A stretch of 64,000 nt of DNA. Origin: Squalus acanthias. Lineage: Eukaryota. Numbering within the stretch: the stretch's first letter is position 1; each line of letters begins with the position of its first letter. This document shows, in pieces, positions 37,021 to 50,117 of this stretch. Under the pieces are notes generated by a model. The model searched no databases. It was given only the letters and a program-made list of their open reading frames with translations, and was not told the DNA's origin. The stretch lies in the NCBI GenBank assembly GCA_030390025.1, contig CM059433.1, positions 27,282,001-27,346,000 of the forward strand, in the 5' to 3' direction. Both the position numbers and the translations under genes were made by a program.

Positions 37021-39168
37021 AACATAAGAACATAAGACATAAGACATAGGAGCAGGAGTAGGTCATTTGGCCCCTCGAGCCTGCTCCGCCATTCAATAAG
37101 ATCCGATCTTGGCCTCAACTCCACTTCCCTGCCTGCTCCCCATAACCCTTCACTCCCTTACCATTCAAAAATCTGTCTATGTCCACCTTAAATATATTCA
37201 ATGACCCAGCCTCCACAACTCTCTGGGGAAGAGAATTCCAAAGGTTCACGACTCTCTGAGAGAAGAAATTCCTACTCATTTCCGTTTTAAATGGGTGCCC
37301 CCTTATTGTGAAATTATGCCCCCTAGTTCTAGATTCCCCCACGAGGGGAAATATCCTCTCTGCATCTACTCTGCCAAGCCCCTTCAGAATCTTATATGTT
37401 TCAATAAGATCCCCTCTCATTCTTCTAAACTCCAATTAGTATAGGCCCAACCTGCTCAACCTTTCTTCATAAGACAACCCCTTCATCTCCAGAATCAACC
37501 TCATGAGCCTTCCTGAAATGCCTCCAATGTAAGTAAATAAGGAGACCAAAACTGTACACAGTACTCCAGGTGTGGTCTCACCAATGCCCTGTACAGTTGT
37601 AACAGGACTTCCCTACTTTTATACTCCATTCCCTTTGCAATAAAGGCCAACATTCCATTTGTCTTCCTAATTACTTGCTGTACCTGCATGCTAACTTTTT
37701 GTGATTCATGTACAAGGACCCCCAGATCCCTCTGTACCTCAGCATTTTGTAATCTCTCCCCATTTAAATAATAATTTGCTTTTTTATTTTTCCTACCAAA
37801 GTGGATAACCTCGCATTTTCCCACATTATACTCCATCTGACAGATTTTTGCCCACTCACTTAGCCTATCTATATCCCTTTGGAGATTCTGTGCGTCCTCC
37901 ACACAATTTGCTTTCCCACCTATCTTTGTATCATCAGCAAATTTGGCTACATTACACTCGGTCCCTTCATCCAAGTCATTAATATAGATTGCAAATAGTT
38001 GAGGCCCCAGCACTGATCCCTGCGGCACCCCATTAGTTACAGTTTGCCAACCTGAAAATGACCCATTTATCCCGACTCTCTGTTTTCTGTTAGTTAGCCA
38101 ATCCTCTAATCATGCTGATATATTACCCCCAACCCCGTGAGCTCTTATCTTGTGCAGTAACCTTTTATGTGGCACTTTATCGAATGCCTTCTGGAAATCC
38201 AAATACATGACATCTACTGGTTCTCCTTTATCCACCCTGCTCGTTACATCCTCAAAGAACTTCAGCAAACTTGTCAAACTTTCATAAAACCATGCTGACT
38301 CTGCTTGACTATATTATGATTTTCTAAATGTCCTGCTACCACTTCCTTTATGATGAACTCCAGCATTTTCCCAATGACAGATGTTAGGCTAACTGGTCTA
38401 TAGTTGCCTGCTTTCTGTCTCCCTCCTTTCTTAAATAGGGGCGTTTACATTTGCGGTTTTCCAGTCTGCTGGGACCTCTCCAGAATCCAGGGAATTTTGG
38501 TAGATTACAACCAATGCATCCACTATCTCTGCAGCCACCTCTTTTAAGACCCTAGAATGCAGGCCATCAGGTCCAGGGGACTTGTCCACCTTTAGTCCTA
38601 TTAGTTTGCCTAGTACTTTTTCTCTAGTGATAGTGATTGTTTTAAGTTTCCACCCCCCACCCCAATAGCCCCTTGATTATCCATTATTGGAATGCTTTTA
38701 GTGTCTTCTACCGTGAAGACCGATACAAAATATTTGTTCAAAGTCTCCACCATTTCCCTGTTTCCCATTATTAATTCCCCAGACTCATCATTTAGAGGAC
38801 CAACGTTTACTTTAGCTACTCTCTTCCTTTTTATATACCTGTAGAAGCTCTGTCTGTTTTTATATTTCTTGCTAGCTTACTCTCATAAGCTATCTTCTTT
38901 CTCTTTATCATTTTTTAGTCGTCCTTTGCTGGTTTTTAAAAATTTCCCAATCCTCTGGCCTTCCACTATTCTTCGCAACATTGTATGCCTTTGTTTTCAA
39001 TGTGATACCATCCTTTACTTCCTTAGATAGCCACGGATAGTTCATCCTTCTCTTAGAGTCTTTCTTTCTCACTGGAATATATCTTTGCTGAGAGTTATGA
39101 AATATCTCCTTAAATGTTTGCCACTGCTTTTCTACAGTCTTACACTGTAATATATTTTCCCAGTCCAC
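37021..39168 (-). mobile_element. CR1 LINE ORF2 fragment with 3' tail
   Basis: ORFs 37115-37435, 37501-38028, 38908-39174; (cataagaa)n tail. Confidence 0.92.
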
Positions 39169-39767
39169 ATACAATTTTTACTCTTATGGACTCCATTCAA
39201 TTTATTTAATCACTTATTAGATCATGGATGAGAAGGCCATTTGGCTGATCTTAGTTGGTCCATCTTGAGAGATTCCACAATTTCCAACCTATTTCTTAAA
39301 TAATTGCAGAGTTTTTGGCATCCACTACTTTACTCAGTTGTCCGTTCAATGTGTTGATTACTCTGTATGAAGAATTTACTGACATCAATCCTGAATTTGC
39401 TTTTAACCTGTGCCAACTTGCCCAACTCTTGCAATTTTTGAAGTAATTTTCTGGATCTATCTTCTCTATACTGTTTATTATCTCATATACCTCTATAAGC
39501 CCAGTGCAACAACATACATTGCAACAAATTAATTTAATTAACTGTAATGAAGTTTCAATGGCTTATTTTCACATTATGTCTTCATCACAAACCCCAACAT
39601 ACTTCTAATACAAATATAAAAATAAGCGTGCATTCGTTTGTTCAATGTTTTTACTAATCTAATGCAAATTCTGAAAATTGTGGTTATACCACTACATAAA
39701 ATAATTAATGCTTAGCACTGCTAATTCAAATACAATCTGAAATAATAATTAACATTCTCACTAATAC

Positions 39768-40085
39768 AATAGCAAAATACTGCGGATGCTGGAAATCTGA
39801 AATAACAACAGAAAATGCTGGAAACACTCAGCAGGCCAGGCAGCATCCGTGGAGAGAGAAACAGAGTTAACGTTTCAGGTCTGGGACCCTTCATCAGAAC
39901 TGGAAAAATCTGGAGATGTAACAGATATTAAGCAGGTGCAGAGACAGGGAGGGTGGGGGTGGGTGGGAGGTGAGGAAGGAATTGAAGGAACATACTGTGC
40001 TGAGATAAGAGGTAGGAAAGATAAAATGTTGCAAAGGGGGTGGCAAAATCATACAGCATGAAAAATGGGAGCAAGGGTTATGGTT
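39768..40085 (-). mobile_element. Penelope-like 3' terminal fragment
   Basis: Homologous to 26627-27040. Confidence 0.8.
39865..39901 (-). ncRNA. Minimal hammerhead ribozyme motif
   Basis: Minus strand AGTT CTGATGA A GGGTC cca GACCT GAAACGTT AACT. Confidence 0.7.
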
Positions 40086-40321
40086 GGCACAAATTAGATG
40101 AGCTTTAATTCAGACTTTTCATGAAGTAAAATGTAAAAATTAAATATTCTTTTGGCTATGCTATTACGTTAATTGAATTTAATTATATCCTATTTTATTC
40201 TAAATACCTAATTTCTAAATCTAACTTTTATCTATCCATAGTACCAGGCATCACATAAAACATCACAGCCCATGGTTCAAAAAATCTTGATTGGTTCAAA
40301 TAACCACAAACTATTAAGCTA

Positions 40322-40400
40322 TCGACCTGAAACGTTAACTCTCTTTCTCTCTCCACGGATGCTGCCTGGCCTGCTGAGTTTTTCCAGCGTTTTCTGTTGT
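40322..40400 (+). mobile_element. About 80-bp Penelope-like terminal insertion with 10-bp TSD
   Basis: Identical to 29466-29544; tattaagcta on both flanks (40312-40321, 40401-40410). Confidence 0.85.
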
Positions 40401-40454
40401 TATTAAGCTAACCTTATTGATTGGTTCAAATGCACACCAACCAAAAAGCAATTC

Positions 40455-43350
40455 CATAAAAATATAAGAACTAGGAGCAGGAGTAGGCCATAAGGCCCCT
40501 TGAGCCTGCTCTGCCAGTCAATAAGATCATGGCTGATCTGCTACCTCAACTACACTTTCCCGCCCTATCCCCATATCCCTTGATTCCCTTAGTGTTCAAA
40601 AATCTATCGATCTCAGTCTTAAATATACTCAACAACTGAGCATCCACAGCCCTTCGAAGCAGAGAATTCCAAAGATTCACAACCCTCTGAGTGAAGAAAT
40701 TCCTCCTCATCTCAGTCCTAAATGGCCGACTGCTTATCCTGAGACTATGACCCCTAGTTCTAGACTCTCCAGCCAGGGAAAACAGCCTCTCAGCATTTAC
40801 CCTGTCAAGCCCTCTAAGAACTTTATACGTTTCAATGAGATCACCTCTCATTCTTCTGAACTCCTGAGAATATAGGTCCATTTTGCTTAATCTCTCCTCA
40901 TAGTGCAACCCTCTCATCCCAGGAATCAATCTAGTAAACCTTTGTTGCACCCCCTCCAAGGTAAATATATCCTTCCTTAGGTAAGGAGACCAAAACTGTA
41001 CACAGTATTCCAGGTGTGGTCTCACAAAAGCACTGTACAATTGCAGCAAGACTTCCTTACTCTTATACTCCAACCCCTTTGCAATAAAGGCTAACTTACT
41101 TTTGCCTTCCTAATTGCTTGCTGTACCTGCCTGTTAACTTTCTGTGATTTGTGTACAAGGGCAGCCAAATTCCTACTTCATACCAATATTTACTAGTCTC
41201 TCAACTTTTAAAAAATATTCTGCTTTTCTATTCTTCGTACCAAAGTGGAAAATTTCACAATTCCCCACATTATACTCCATCTGCCACTTTCTTTCCCACT
41301 CACTTAACCTGTTTAACAACCTCTTGTGTGGCAGCTTATCAAATGCCTTTTGAAAATCCAAATATACTACATCAACTGGTTCCCCCTTATCTACCCTGCT
41401 AGTTACACCCTCAAAAAACTCCAATAGATTTGTCAACCACAATTTCCTTTTCATAAAACCATGTTGACTTTGCCTAATCATATTATGATTTCCTGTTACA
41501 CAAATCTAATATTAGATTCTAGCATTTTCCCTACTACTGTAGTCAGGCTAACTGGCCTATAGTTCCCCGTTTTCTCTCTCCCTCCTTTCTTGAATAGCTG
41601 GGTTACATTTGCTACTTTCCAATCCACGGGGATCATTCTAGAAGCTAGGGAATTCTGGAAGATCACAACCAATGCATCCACCATCTCTGCAGCCACCTCT
41701 TTTAAAACCCAAGGATGTAGGCCATCAGGTCCAGGGGATTTGTCAGCTTTTGTCCGGTTTTGTCCGTTAACCAATCCTCAATCCAAGCTATTATATTACC
41801 CCCAATCCCACAAGCCCTAATCTTGTTTAACCTCTTGTGTGGCAGCTTACTGAATGCCTTTTGAAAATCCAAATAACCCTTTGCAGCCTCTTTGCATCCT
41901 CCTCACAGCTTACTTTCCCACCTAGCTTTGTATCATCAGCAAACTTGGATACATCACATTCGGTTCCCCTCATCTAAGTCATTGATACAGATTGTAAATA
42001 ACTGAGTCCCAAGCATTGATCCTTGCGGTACCCCATTAGGTACAACCTGCCAACCCAAAAATGACCCATTTATTCTTATTTATTTTGTCCATTAATCAAT
42101 TCTCAATCCAAGCTATATTACCCCCAATCCCATGAGCCCTAATTTTGTTTAACAACCTCTTGTGTGGCAGCTTAGCGAATGCCTTTTGAAAATTCAAATA
42201 TATTACATCCACTGGTTCCCCCTTATTTACCCTGCTAGTTACACCCTCAAAAAACTCTAATAGATTTGTCAACCACAATTTCCCTTTCATAAAACTATGC
42301 TGACTTTGCCTAATCATATCATGATTTCCTAAATGCCCTGTTACCACAACCTTAATATTAGATTCTAGCATTTTCCCTACCACTGTTGTCAGGCTAACTG
42401 GCCTGTAGTTCCCTGTTTTCTCTCTCCCTCCTTTCTTGAATAGTGGGGTTACATTTGCTACCTTCCAATCCATGGGGACCATTCTAGAAGCTAGGAAATT
42501 CTGGAAGATCACAACCAATGCATCCACTATCTCTGCAGCCACCTCTTTTAAAATCCAAGGATGTAGGCCATCAGGTCCAGGGTATTTGTCGGCTTTTAGT
42601 CCTATTAATTTCTCCAGTACTTTTTCTTTACTAATATTAATTACTTTAAGTTACTCACTTTCATTAGACCCTTGGTTCCCCACTATTTCAGGAATATTTT
42701 TGCGTCTTCTACTGTGAAGACAGATACAAAATATTTGTTTAACATCTCTGCCATTTTTTTATTCCCCATTATAATTTCTCCTGTCTCTGCCTCTGCCTCT
42801 AAGGGACCCACATTTATTTTCGCTAATCTCTTCCTTTTTACATACTTGTAGAAGCTCTTACAATCTATTTTTATATTTCTTGCTAGTTTACTCTCATATT
42901 CAACTTTCTCCCTCTTTATCAATTTCTTGGTCATCTTTTGCTGATTTCTAAAACCTTCACAATCCTCAGGCTTACTACTCTTTTTGGCAACATTGTAAGT
43001 CTCTTCTTTTAATCTAATACTATCATTAATTTCTCTAGTTAGCCACGGTTGGACCACTTTTCCTGTGGAATTTTTATTCCTCAAGGAAATGTATGTTCGT
43101 TGAGAATTATGAATTATTTCTTTAAATGTTCGCCATTGCTTATTTACCATTACATCTTTTATTCTAATTTCCCAATCGACCTTAGCCAAATCGCCCCCCA
43201 TACCTATGTAATTGACTTTGTTTAAATTTAAGACCCTAGATTCAGACTTAACCACATCACTCTCAAACTCAATCATGAAATTCTATCATATTATGATCAC
43301 TCTTCCCCAGAGGATCCTTTACTATAAGATTACTAATTAACCCTGTCTAA
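40455..43350 (-). mobile_element. CR1 LINE ORF2 fragment with internal duplications
   Basis: ORFs 40546-41073, 41173-41481, 41496-41774, 42096-42542, 42683-43276; RT block present twice. Confidence 0.9.
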
Positions 43351-43489
43351 TTACACAATTCCATTCAACAACCAGCAAACACCAGAAAACCAACAAATTA
43401 AATTGTTTCAGCACTTTTCTTCAAATTCTTTGAGGGACCAGGACTTTCCTCACACACCCTAGTAAAAACATATAAAAATTTGATCTACA

Positions 43490-45110
43490 ATAACAATTTG
43501 CATTCATAAAGCACCTTTAAAATGGAAATAATGTCACAGAGGTGTAATCAGAAAATTTAATTAGGAGGGGTGACCAAAGAAGTGGGTTTTAAGGAAGGTG
43601 TTAAAGGAGGAGAGGAAGGTGAAGAGATTTAGGGAGGGAATTCGAGTGTGAGGCCTATGCAGGGTATCCATGGCTGCCAATAGTGAGGCTAACGGAGGGG
43701 TATGCAGAAAAGGTCAGAGTCAAAAGGACAGCCAGTTCACGATAGGGTGGTCATACGCCTATAGAGGTTATAGAGATGGGAAGAGGAATGGTCATGAAGA
43801 GATTGAAACATGAGGATGAGAATTTTAAATTGGAGATATTGGGAGACAAGGAGCCAATATAGGTCAGTGGGGACGGGGATAATGGGTGTGTAGGACTTGA
43901 TATAAGATAGGATACAAGCAGTGGAGCTTTAGATGAGCTAAAGTTTATGGAGGATGGTAGGCCAACTGGGAGAGCATTGGAATAGTTGAGTCTGGAGTTG
44001 CGAAAGGCATGGATGAGGGTTTCAGCAGCAGATGGTTACGAAGGTGAAAGCAGGTAGTCTTTCTGATGCAGAGGATTTGAGGTTGGAAGCAGTCTGACAG
44101 CAAAGTGACAGTGGAGGGGTCATGAGGCGGTGAAGAGATGGAACTGAGTGTTATCAGCATACATGTGGAAGCTGATCTCATTTCACCCAGGGGCAGTATG
44201 TAGGCGCAGAAGAGAAGTCAAGGGCAGCTCTGGAGGTAATGGTGAAAGAACTGGAAGAGAACTCGTTGCATGAGATATTCTGGCTACAATTGGATAGTTG
44301 AGAGTGGAACCAAGCGATGGCAGACCAACCATGCTGAATAATGGAGGAGAGGTGTTGGAACAGGATGGTGTGGTTCACCATGTCAAAGGATGCATAGAGG
44401 TCAAGGAAGATAAGGTGATTTAATGCACCATGTCACAGTCACAGAGAATGTCATTTGTGACTTTTGTTAGGGCCACTTTGCCGCTATAGCAGGGGAAAAA
44501 ATCTGATTGAAGAGATTCAAACAGGAAGTTGTGGGAGAAATGAGAAGAAATTTGAAAGGTGACAGCAGGTTTGAGGTTTATGGAGAGGAAACGGAGGTTG
44601 GGATTAGGGCAGTAGTTTGCAGGGTCAGATATGTGCTTTAGATGAGGTGGGTGATGACAGCAGTTTTAAAAGGAGAGGACAATGTCCAACAGTGTCTAAG
44701 GAGAGTGAACCATTTACAAAGTCAGCTAGCATGGAGCTATTAAGGGAAGTTGTCTGATAAACTGTGTAGTGCATATGGCACCAATGGAGCAGGAGTTGGA
44801 TCTCATGGCTGAGATGAGCACAGAGAGGGCATGAAAGAGGAGAATTAGAGAGCGAGGAAGGTTTAGGGTTAGGGTGAGGGGCAGGGTGTAGGTCTTGGCT
44901 TGGTGGGCAAGGGGAAGAGGGGAAGCAGTAGAGGCTTGGTGACAATAAAGTCCATGAGTTCCTTGCACTTGTTAGAAGTGAGGGTGGAGGGGAAGGGAAG
45001 AGGGCTTTAAGGAGACAATTGTCTGTAGATATTTTAAAAAAGCTAGGGGTTACCTTTGCTCGCCAGAATCATTCTAGAGTGGTGAATAGTTTAAGAGTGA
45101 GCCCCGGTAA
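43490..45110 (-). mobile_element. Old degenerate L2 LINE
   Basis: Reverse complement of L2 motifs (ggcatggatgagggtttcagcagcagat, ggatggtgtggttcaccatgtcaaagg); L2-type tail near 43495. Confidence 0.75.
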
Positions 45111-45189
45111 AGCTATATTAGCTCCAAACAGATCTTCATACCATAATACCTTAAAATTACATAATCCTCAAAAAAAAAACATACTCATA

Positions 45190-46495
45190 GGGGGCTAAAT
45201 TCGATAGCCCCCGAAAGTGGGCAAAGGAATGCCCATGGAAAGCAAAGCAGGTAACACGTGACCTCTATCCGCAGGGGGGCCAGGAGGTCCTTCAGACACA
45301 CACTGGTAAGGCAGTGGGAGCACATAGCCGATGAGGTCAATGCCAGCAGTCTTGCCCCAAGGACATGGATGCAGTACCGAAAGAAGTTCAATGACTTCAC
45401 ACGAGTGTTCAAGGTCAGTGAATGCATCTTCAAATGCCATCTCCCACCAACTACACCATTAGACTCATACACTGCTCAATGCACCACATCCCATCATTCA
45501 CCTACCAACACTATCTATCAATCACAACTCAAACCTCATATTCATTGCTTCACCTCACCCTCACACACTTACCACTGCTGCAAGCCTCACACCCACATCT
45601 CGCACCTTGCACACACTGCTAGTTATTCACCCATGACAGGCACATCACCCAAACACAGTGCACCACACTCACTGACACACTTCCCTCTCTCTTGGAGGGC
45701 AAGGTGGCTCATAACCACAGGTAGCAGCAGTTAACCGGCGGGGGACGGGCAAGCCTGCATATCCTTACCCAGCTGGAGGAGACGGTGCTCGAAATTAGTG
45801 GCGGGGCCGTCACTGAGGCCGTGGCAAGCGGCAAGGCTGAAACCATTGAAGATGACAGTATACGGTGGCTTTGCCAGTGACTCCCAGATCCCATAAACAA
45901 ATTTTAAAAAAATACTCATACCTACTCCACCTTCTCACATCCCAGTCCCACTCATCCCACAATTTCTTCTCATTTACAAGCTACTGATGGTGTAAGCATG
46001 CAGATCTTGCTTTCCCCCCCCCTCCCCTCACCACAACCCTACCCTTGTGCCTTTCTCCTTTAAGATAGCTAAGAACTCTAACCTGGCCAGCCAGTGCAGG
46101 AAGAGCAAGAGGAAAGTGATGGAGAAAAAGAGACACCGTCACTCGATTTCACACTTGCAGGCACCAGCTCAGATACTGGCACTGCGTGTACTTTAGAAGG
46201 TAGTATGGAGGTGGGATCTGCAGGTGGTGAGCCACCGGGCACAAGTGGCCTGCAGCCAGGTCAGGGGTAAAGGATAGCGCAGCTGTCAGCTCCGCGGAGG
46301 ACGAGGTCGCACATGAGTTCTACTGCAGAGGACTCAGATGAGGACTTCGATGGGGCATCCTACAGAAAAAGGATGATGAGTATGCACACAGAAATTCTTG
46401 GTGCATTGGCAGGCCTGTCAGAGAGCCTGTTGTCACTGTCAAGGAGCATGGAGGAGTCCAGCACCAACTTTGTACAGGGTTTTACGCAGAGCTTG
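45190..46495 (+). mobile_element. Truncated Harbinger: one TIR plus a decayed three-exon Myb/SANT-like gene
   Basis: TIR ggggctaaattcgata; RQWEHIADEVNA...RTWMQYRKKFNDFTRVFK|gtcagt; homologous, inverted, to 59250-60895. Confidence 0.82.
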
Positions 46496-46499
46496 AAAA

Positions 46500-49400
46500 A
46501 AAGAATTATTGCCGAGATATCTTCACTGCTTTCCTCCCTCAGCCTCTGCGCCGAATTACTTCTCATCCTCGGTGATTTCAACCTCCAACTCAATTCATCA
46601 TGCTCTCCCTCCTCTGAGTTCACTAGCCTCCTATCCTCCCTTAATCTCTCCCTCCATGTAAACTCCCCAACCCATATTCACAGCCACCCCCTCGACCTTG
46701 CCATCTCTCGTGGCCTCACTACTCCCATCGTGTCAATCTCTGACCACTTCCACGTATCGCTCTCCAGCCACATCCCCCTTCCACCACCCCCCCCAACCCG
46801 ACTTCCTTCTGTGTCCGCCCCTGGAAAACTCTCTCCCAACTCTCTTACAACTGCATTTATGAAATCCCAACTGTCCAGCCTTTGGCCCTCCATTCACCAC
46901 AACATTTCTGCAGCTACCGATTTGCTCAACCTCACCCTCACCATCACCTTTGATGCCCTAGTCCCTATTAAAACAATTACTCTCTCTCACCCAGGCCAAT
47001 CCCCCTGGTACGGCCCTCATCTTCGCTCCCTTAAGTCCAAGGAAGACAGACTTGAACGGATATGGCAGACAACTGGTTTAGCCATTCACCGCCAGATCTG
47101 GCTGGACCACATAAAGCATTATCGGGCCCTGCTCTCGTCTGCCAAAATTGCTCACTATTCCAGAATCATTCTGGAATGCAAAGATAAAACCCCAGCTTCT
47201 ATTCTCCACTGCTAACCGTCTTCTTAAACCCCTCTCCCCATCTCCTCCACCCTCACCTCTGACAACAGATTAACGATTTGGAGGAGGGGACCGAGTGTAA
47301 CATATCAAAGTTTGCAGATGATACTAAGATGGGAGGGAAAGTAGTGAGTGAGGAGGACATAAAAAATCTGCAAGGGGACATAGACAGGCTAAGTAAGTGG
47401 GCAGAGATTTGGCAGATGGAATACAATACTGGAAAGTGTGAGGTTATGCACTTTGGCAGGAAAAATAGTAGAGCAAGTTATTATCTAAATGGCAAGAAAC
47501 TGGAAAGTACTGAAGTACAAAGGGATCTGGGGGTCCTGGTGCACGAAACTCAAAAGGTTAGTATGCAGGTGCAGCAAGTGATTAAGAAGGCCAATGGAAT
47601 GTTGGCTTTCATTGCTAAGGGGATAGAATATAAAAATAGGGAGGTATTGCTTCAGTTGTACAAGGTATTGGTGAGACCGCACCTGGAATACTGCGTACAG
47701 TTTTGGTGTCCATACTTAAGAAAAGACATACTTGCTCTCGAGTCAGTACAAAGAAGGTTCACTCGGTTAATCCCGGGGATGAGGGGATGGACATATGAGG
47801 AGAGGTTGGGTAGATTGGGACTCTACTCATTGGAGTTCAGAAGAATGAGAGGCGATCTTATTGAAACATATAAGATTGTGAAGGGGTTGGATCGGGTGGA
47901 TGCGGGGAGGATGTTCCTGATGATGGGTGAAACTAGAACTAGGGGGCATAATCTTAGAATAAGGGGCTGCTCTTTCAAAACTGAGATGAGAAGGAACTAT
48001 TTCACTCAGAGGGTGGTAGGTCCATGGAATATGCTGCCCCAAAAAGCTGTAGAAGCTACATCATTACATAAATTTAAAACAGAAATAGACAGTTTCCTAG
48101 AAGTAAAGGGAATTAAGGGTTACGGGGAGCGGGCAGGAATTTGGACATGAGTCTAGGTTCGGATCGGTCATGGCCCTGTGGGTAGCGTAGCGGGCCCAGG
48201 GGCCGTGTAGCCTGATCCTGCTCCTATTTCGTGTGTCCAATTCTGTTAGGTTCAGGAGATGGTTCTGTGATAGTAGATTGGCGGTTAGGATCAGATCAGC
48301 CATGATCTTATTGAATGGCGGAGCAGGCTCGAGGGGCCAATTGGCCTACTCCTGCTCCTAGTTCTTATGTTCTTATGTAACAGGTGTGAGGAGCTCATGG
48401 ATTTGTCTCTAAGATTGAGACCATGATTTCAGCTGCCTCTGCCACTTCCCTTCCTTCCCCTAGCCCACTGGGCCAAACTTACTCTAATGTTTCCCCCTGC
48501 CTTAGCCCTGAACTCACATCTTTCTCCAGTTTCTCTCCGATTTCCTCTCATGACCTCTCCGCGCTCATCTTCTCCATGAGACCCACTTCCTCCTCCCTCG
48601 ACCCTATTCCCACCAAACTGCTGAGCACCCAACTTCCTTTTCTGGCTCCCATGTTAGCTGACATGGTTAACGGTTCTCTCTCCTCAGGTACTGTGCCCCT
48701 CTCCCGCCAATCTACCACCATCATCCCTCCCCTCAAAAGAAAACCTTGACCCATCTGTCCTTGCAAACTACCGCCCCCATCTCCAACCTCTCTTTCCTTG
48801 CCGAAGTCCTCGAACGTGTTGTCGCCTCCCAAATCCCTGCCCATCTTTCCCGCAACTCCTTGTTTGAATCCCTCCAATCAGGTTTCCGCCCCTGCCACAG
48901 TACCGAAACAGCTCTCATCAAAGTCACAAAGGACATCCTTTGTGACTGTGACAAAGGTAAACTATCCCTCCTCGTCCTTCTTGACTTGTCTGCAGCCTTT
49001 GACACAGTTGACCACTCCATCCTTCTCCAACGCCTCCCCACCGTCGTCCAGCTGGGTGGGTCTGCACTTGCCTGGTTCCATTCTTATCTATCGAATCGTA
49101 GCCAGAGTATCACCTGCAACGGTTTCTCTTCCTGCTCCCGCATCGTTACCTCTGGTGTCCCCCAAGGATCTATCCTTGGCCCCCTCCTATTTCTCATCTA
49201 CATGCTGCCCCTTGGCGGCATCACCGAAAACACAGCCTCAGTTTCCACATGTATGCTGATGACACCCAGCTCTACCTCACTACCACTTCTCTCGACCACT
49301 CCACGGTCTCTAAATTGTCAGACTGCTAGTCTGACATCCTGGATAAGCAGAAATTTTCTCCAATTAAATATTGTGAAGACCGAAATCAATGTTTTCGGTC

Positions 49401-49890
49401 CCCGCCACAAACTCCGTTCCCTCGCCACTGACTCCATCCCTCTCCCTAACATCTGTCTGAGGCTGAACCAGACTGTTCGCAACCTTGGTGTCATATTTGA
49501 CCCTGAAATGAGCTGCCGACCACATATCCGCGGCATAACTAAGACCACCTATTTCCACCTCCATAACATCACCCGTCTCCGCCCTTGCCTCAGCTCATCC
49601 GCTGCTGAAACCCTCATCCATGCCTTTGTTATCTCTAGACTTGACTATTCCAACGCACTCCTGGCTGGCCTCCCACATTCTACCCTACGTAAACTTGAGG
49701 TCATCCAAAACTCATCTGCCCGTGTCCTAACTCGCACCAAGTCCCGTTCACCCATCACCCCTGTGCTCGCTGACCTACATTGGCTCCCGGTTAAGCAACG
49801 CCTCGATTTCAAAATTCTCATCCTTGTTTTCAAATCTCTCCATGGCCTCGCCCGTCCCTATCTCTGTAATCTCCTTCAGCCCCACAACCG
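46500..49890 (+). mobile_element. L2 LINE (APE endonuclease to RT) split by a CR1 insertion
   Basis: ILGDFN, PTH..H.LDL (APE); QSGFR, LDLSAAFDTVDH, GVPQGSILGP (RT). Confidence 0.92.
47269..48378 (+). mobile_element. Young 5'-truncated CR1 nested in L2, TSD aacag
   Basis: Uninterrupted 290-aa ORF 47278-48150; (ttcttatg)2 tail; aacag at 47264-47268 and 48379-48383. Confidence 0.93.
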
Positions 49891-49891
49891 T

Positions 49892-50028
49892 CAGATGACG
49901 AAAGGTCATCAACCTGAAATGTTAGCTCTGTTTCTCTCTCCACAGATGTTGCCTGACCTGCTGAGTATTTCCAGCATTTTCTGTTTTTATTTCAGATTTC
50001 CAGCATCTGCAGTATTTTGGTTTTGTAT
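49892..50028 (+). mobile_element. Penelope-like terminal fragment with a degenerate hammerhead
   Basis: atgacgaaaggtcatcaacctgaaatgttagct...ttcagatttccagcatctgcagtattttgg. Confidence 0.75.
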
Positions 50029-50117
50029 TAGGGTTAAGTGCAGTTTCTGTTAATAGTTTTGCTCACTGAGATGGGATTTGTGCTGTTCCTAGAAAAGCAC
50101 ACTAAGCCAACAAGGAA

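Noticed and set aside
46313..47215. 300-aa ORF as a novel Myb-endonuclease fusion protein
   Set aside because: Chance read-through across the Harbinger/L2 insertion junction; both parts are decayed.
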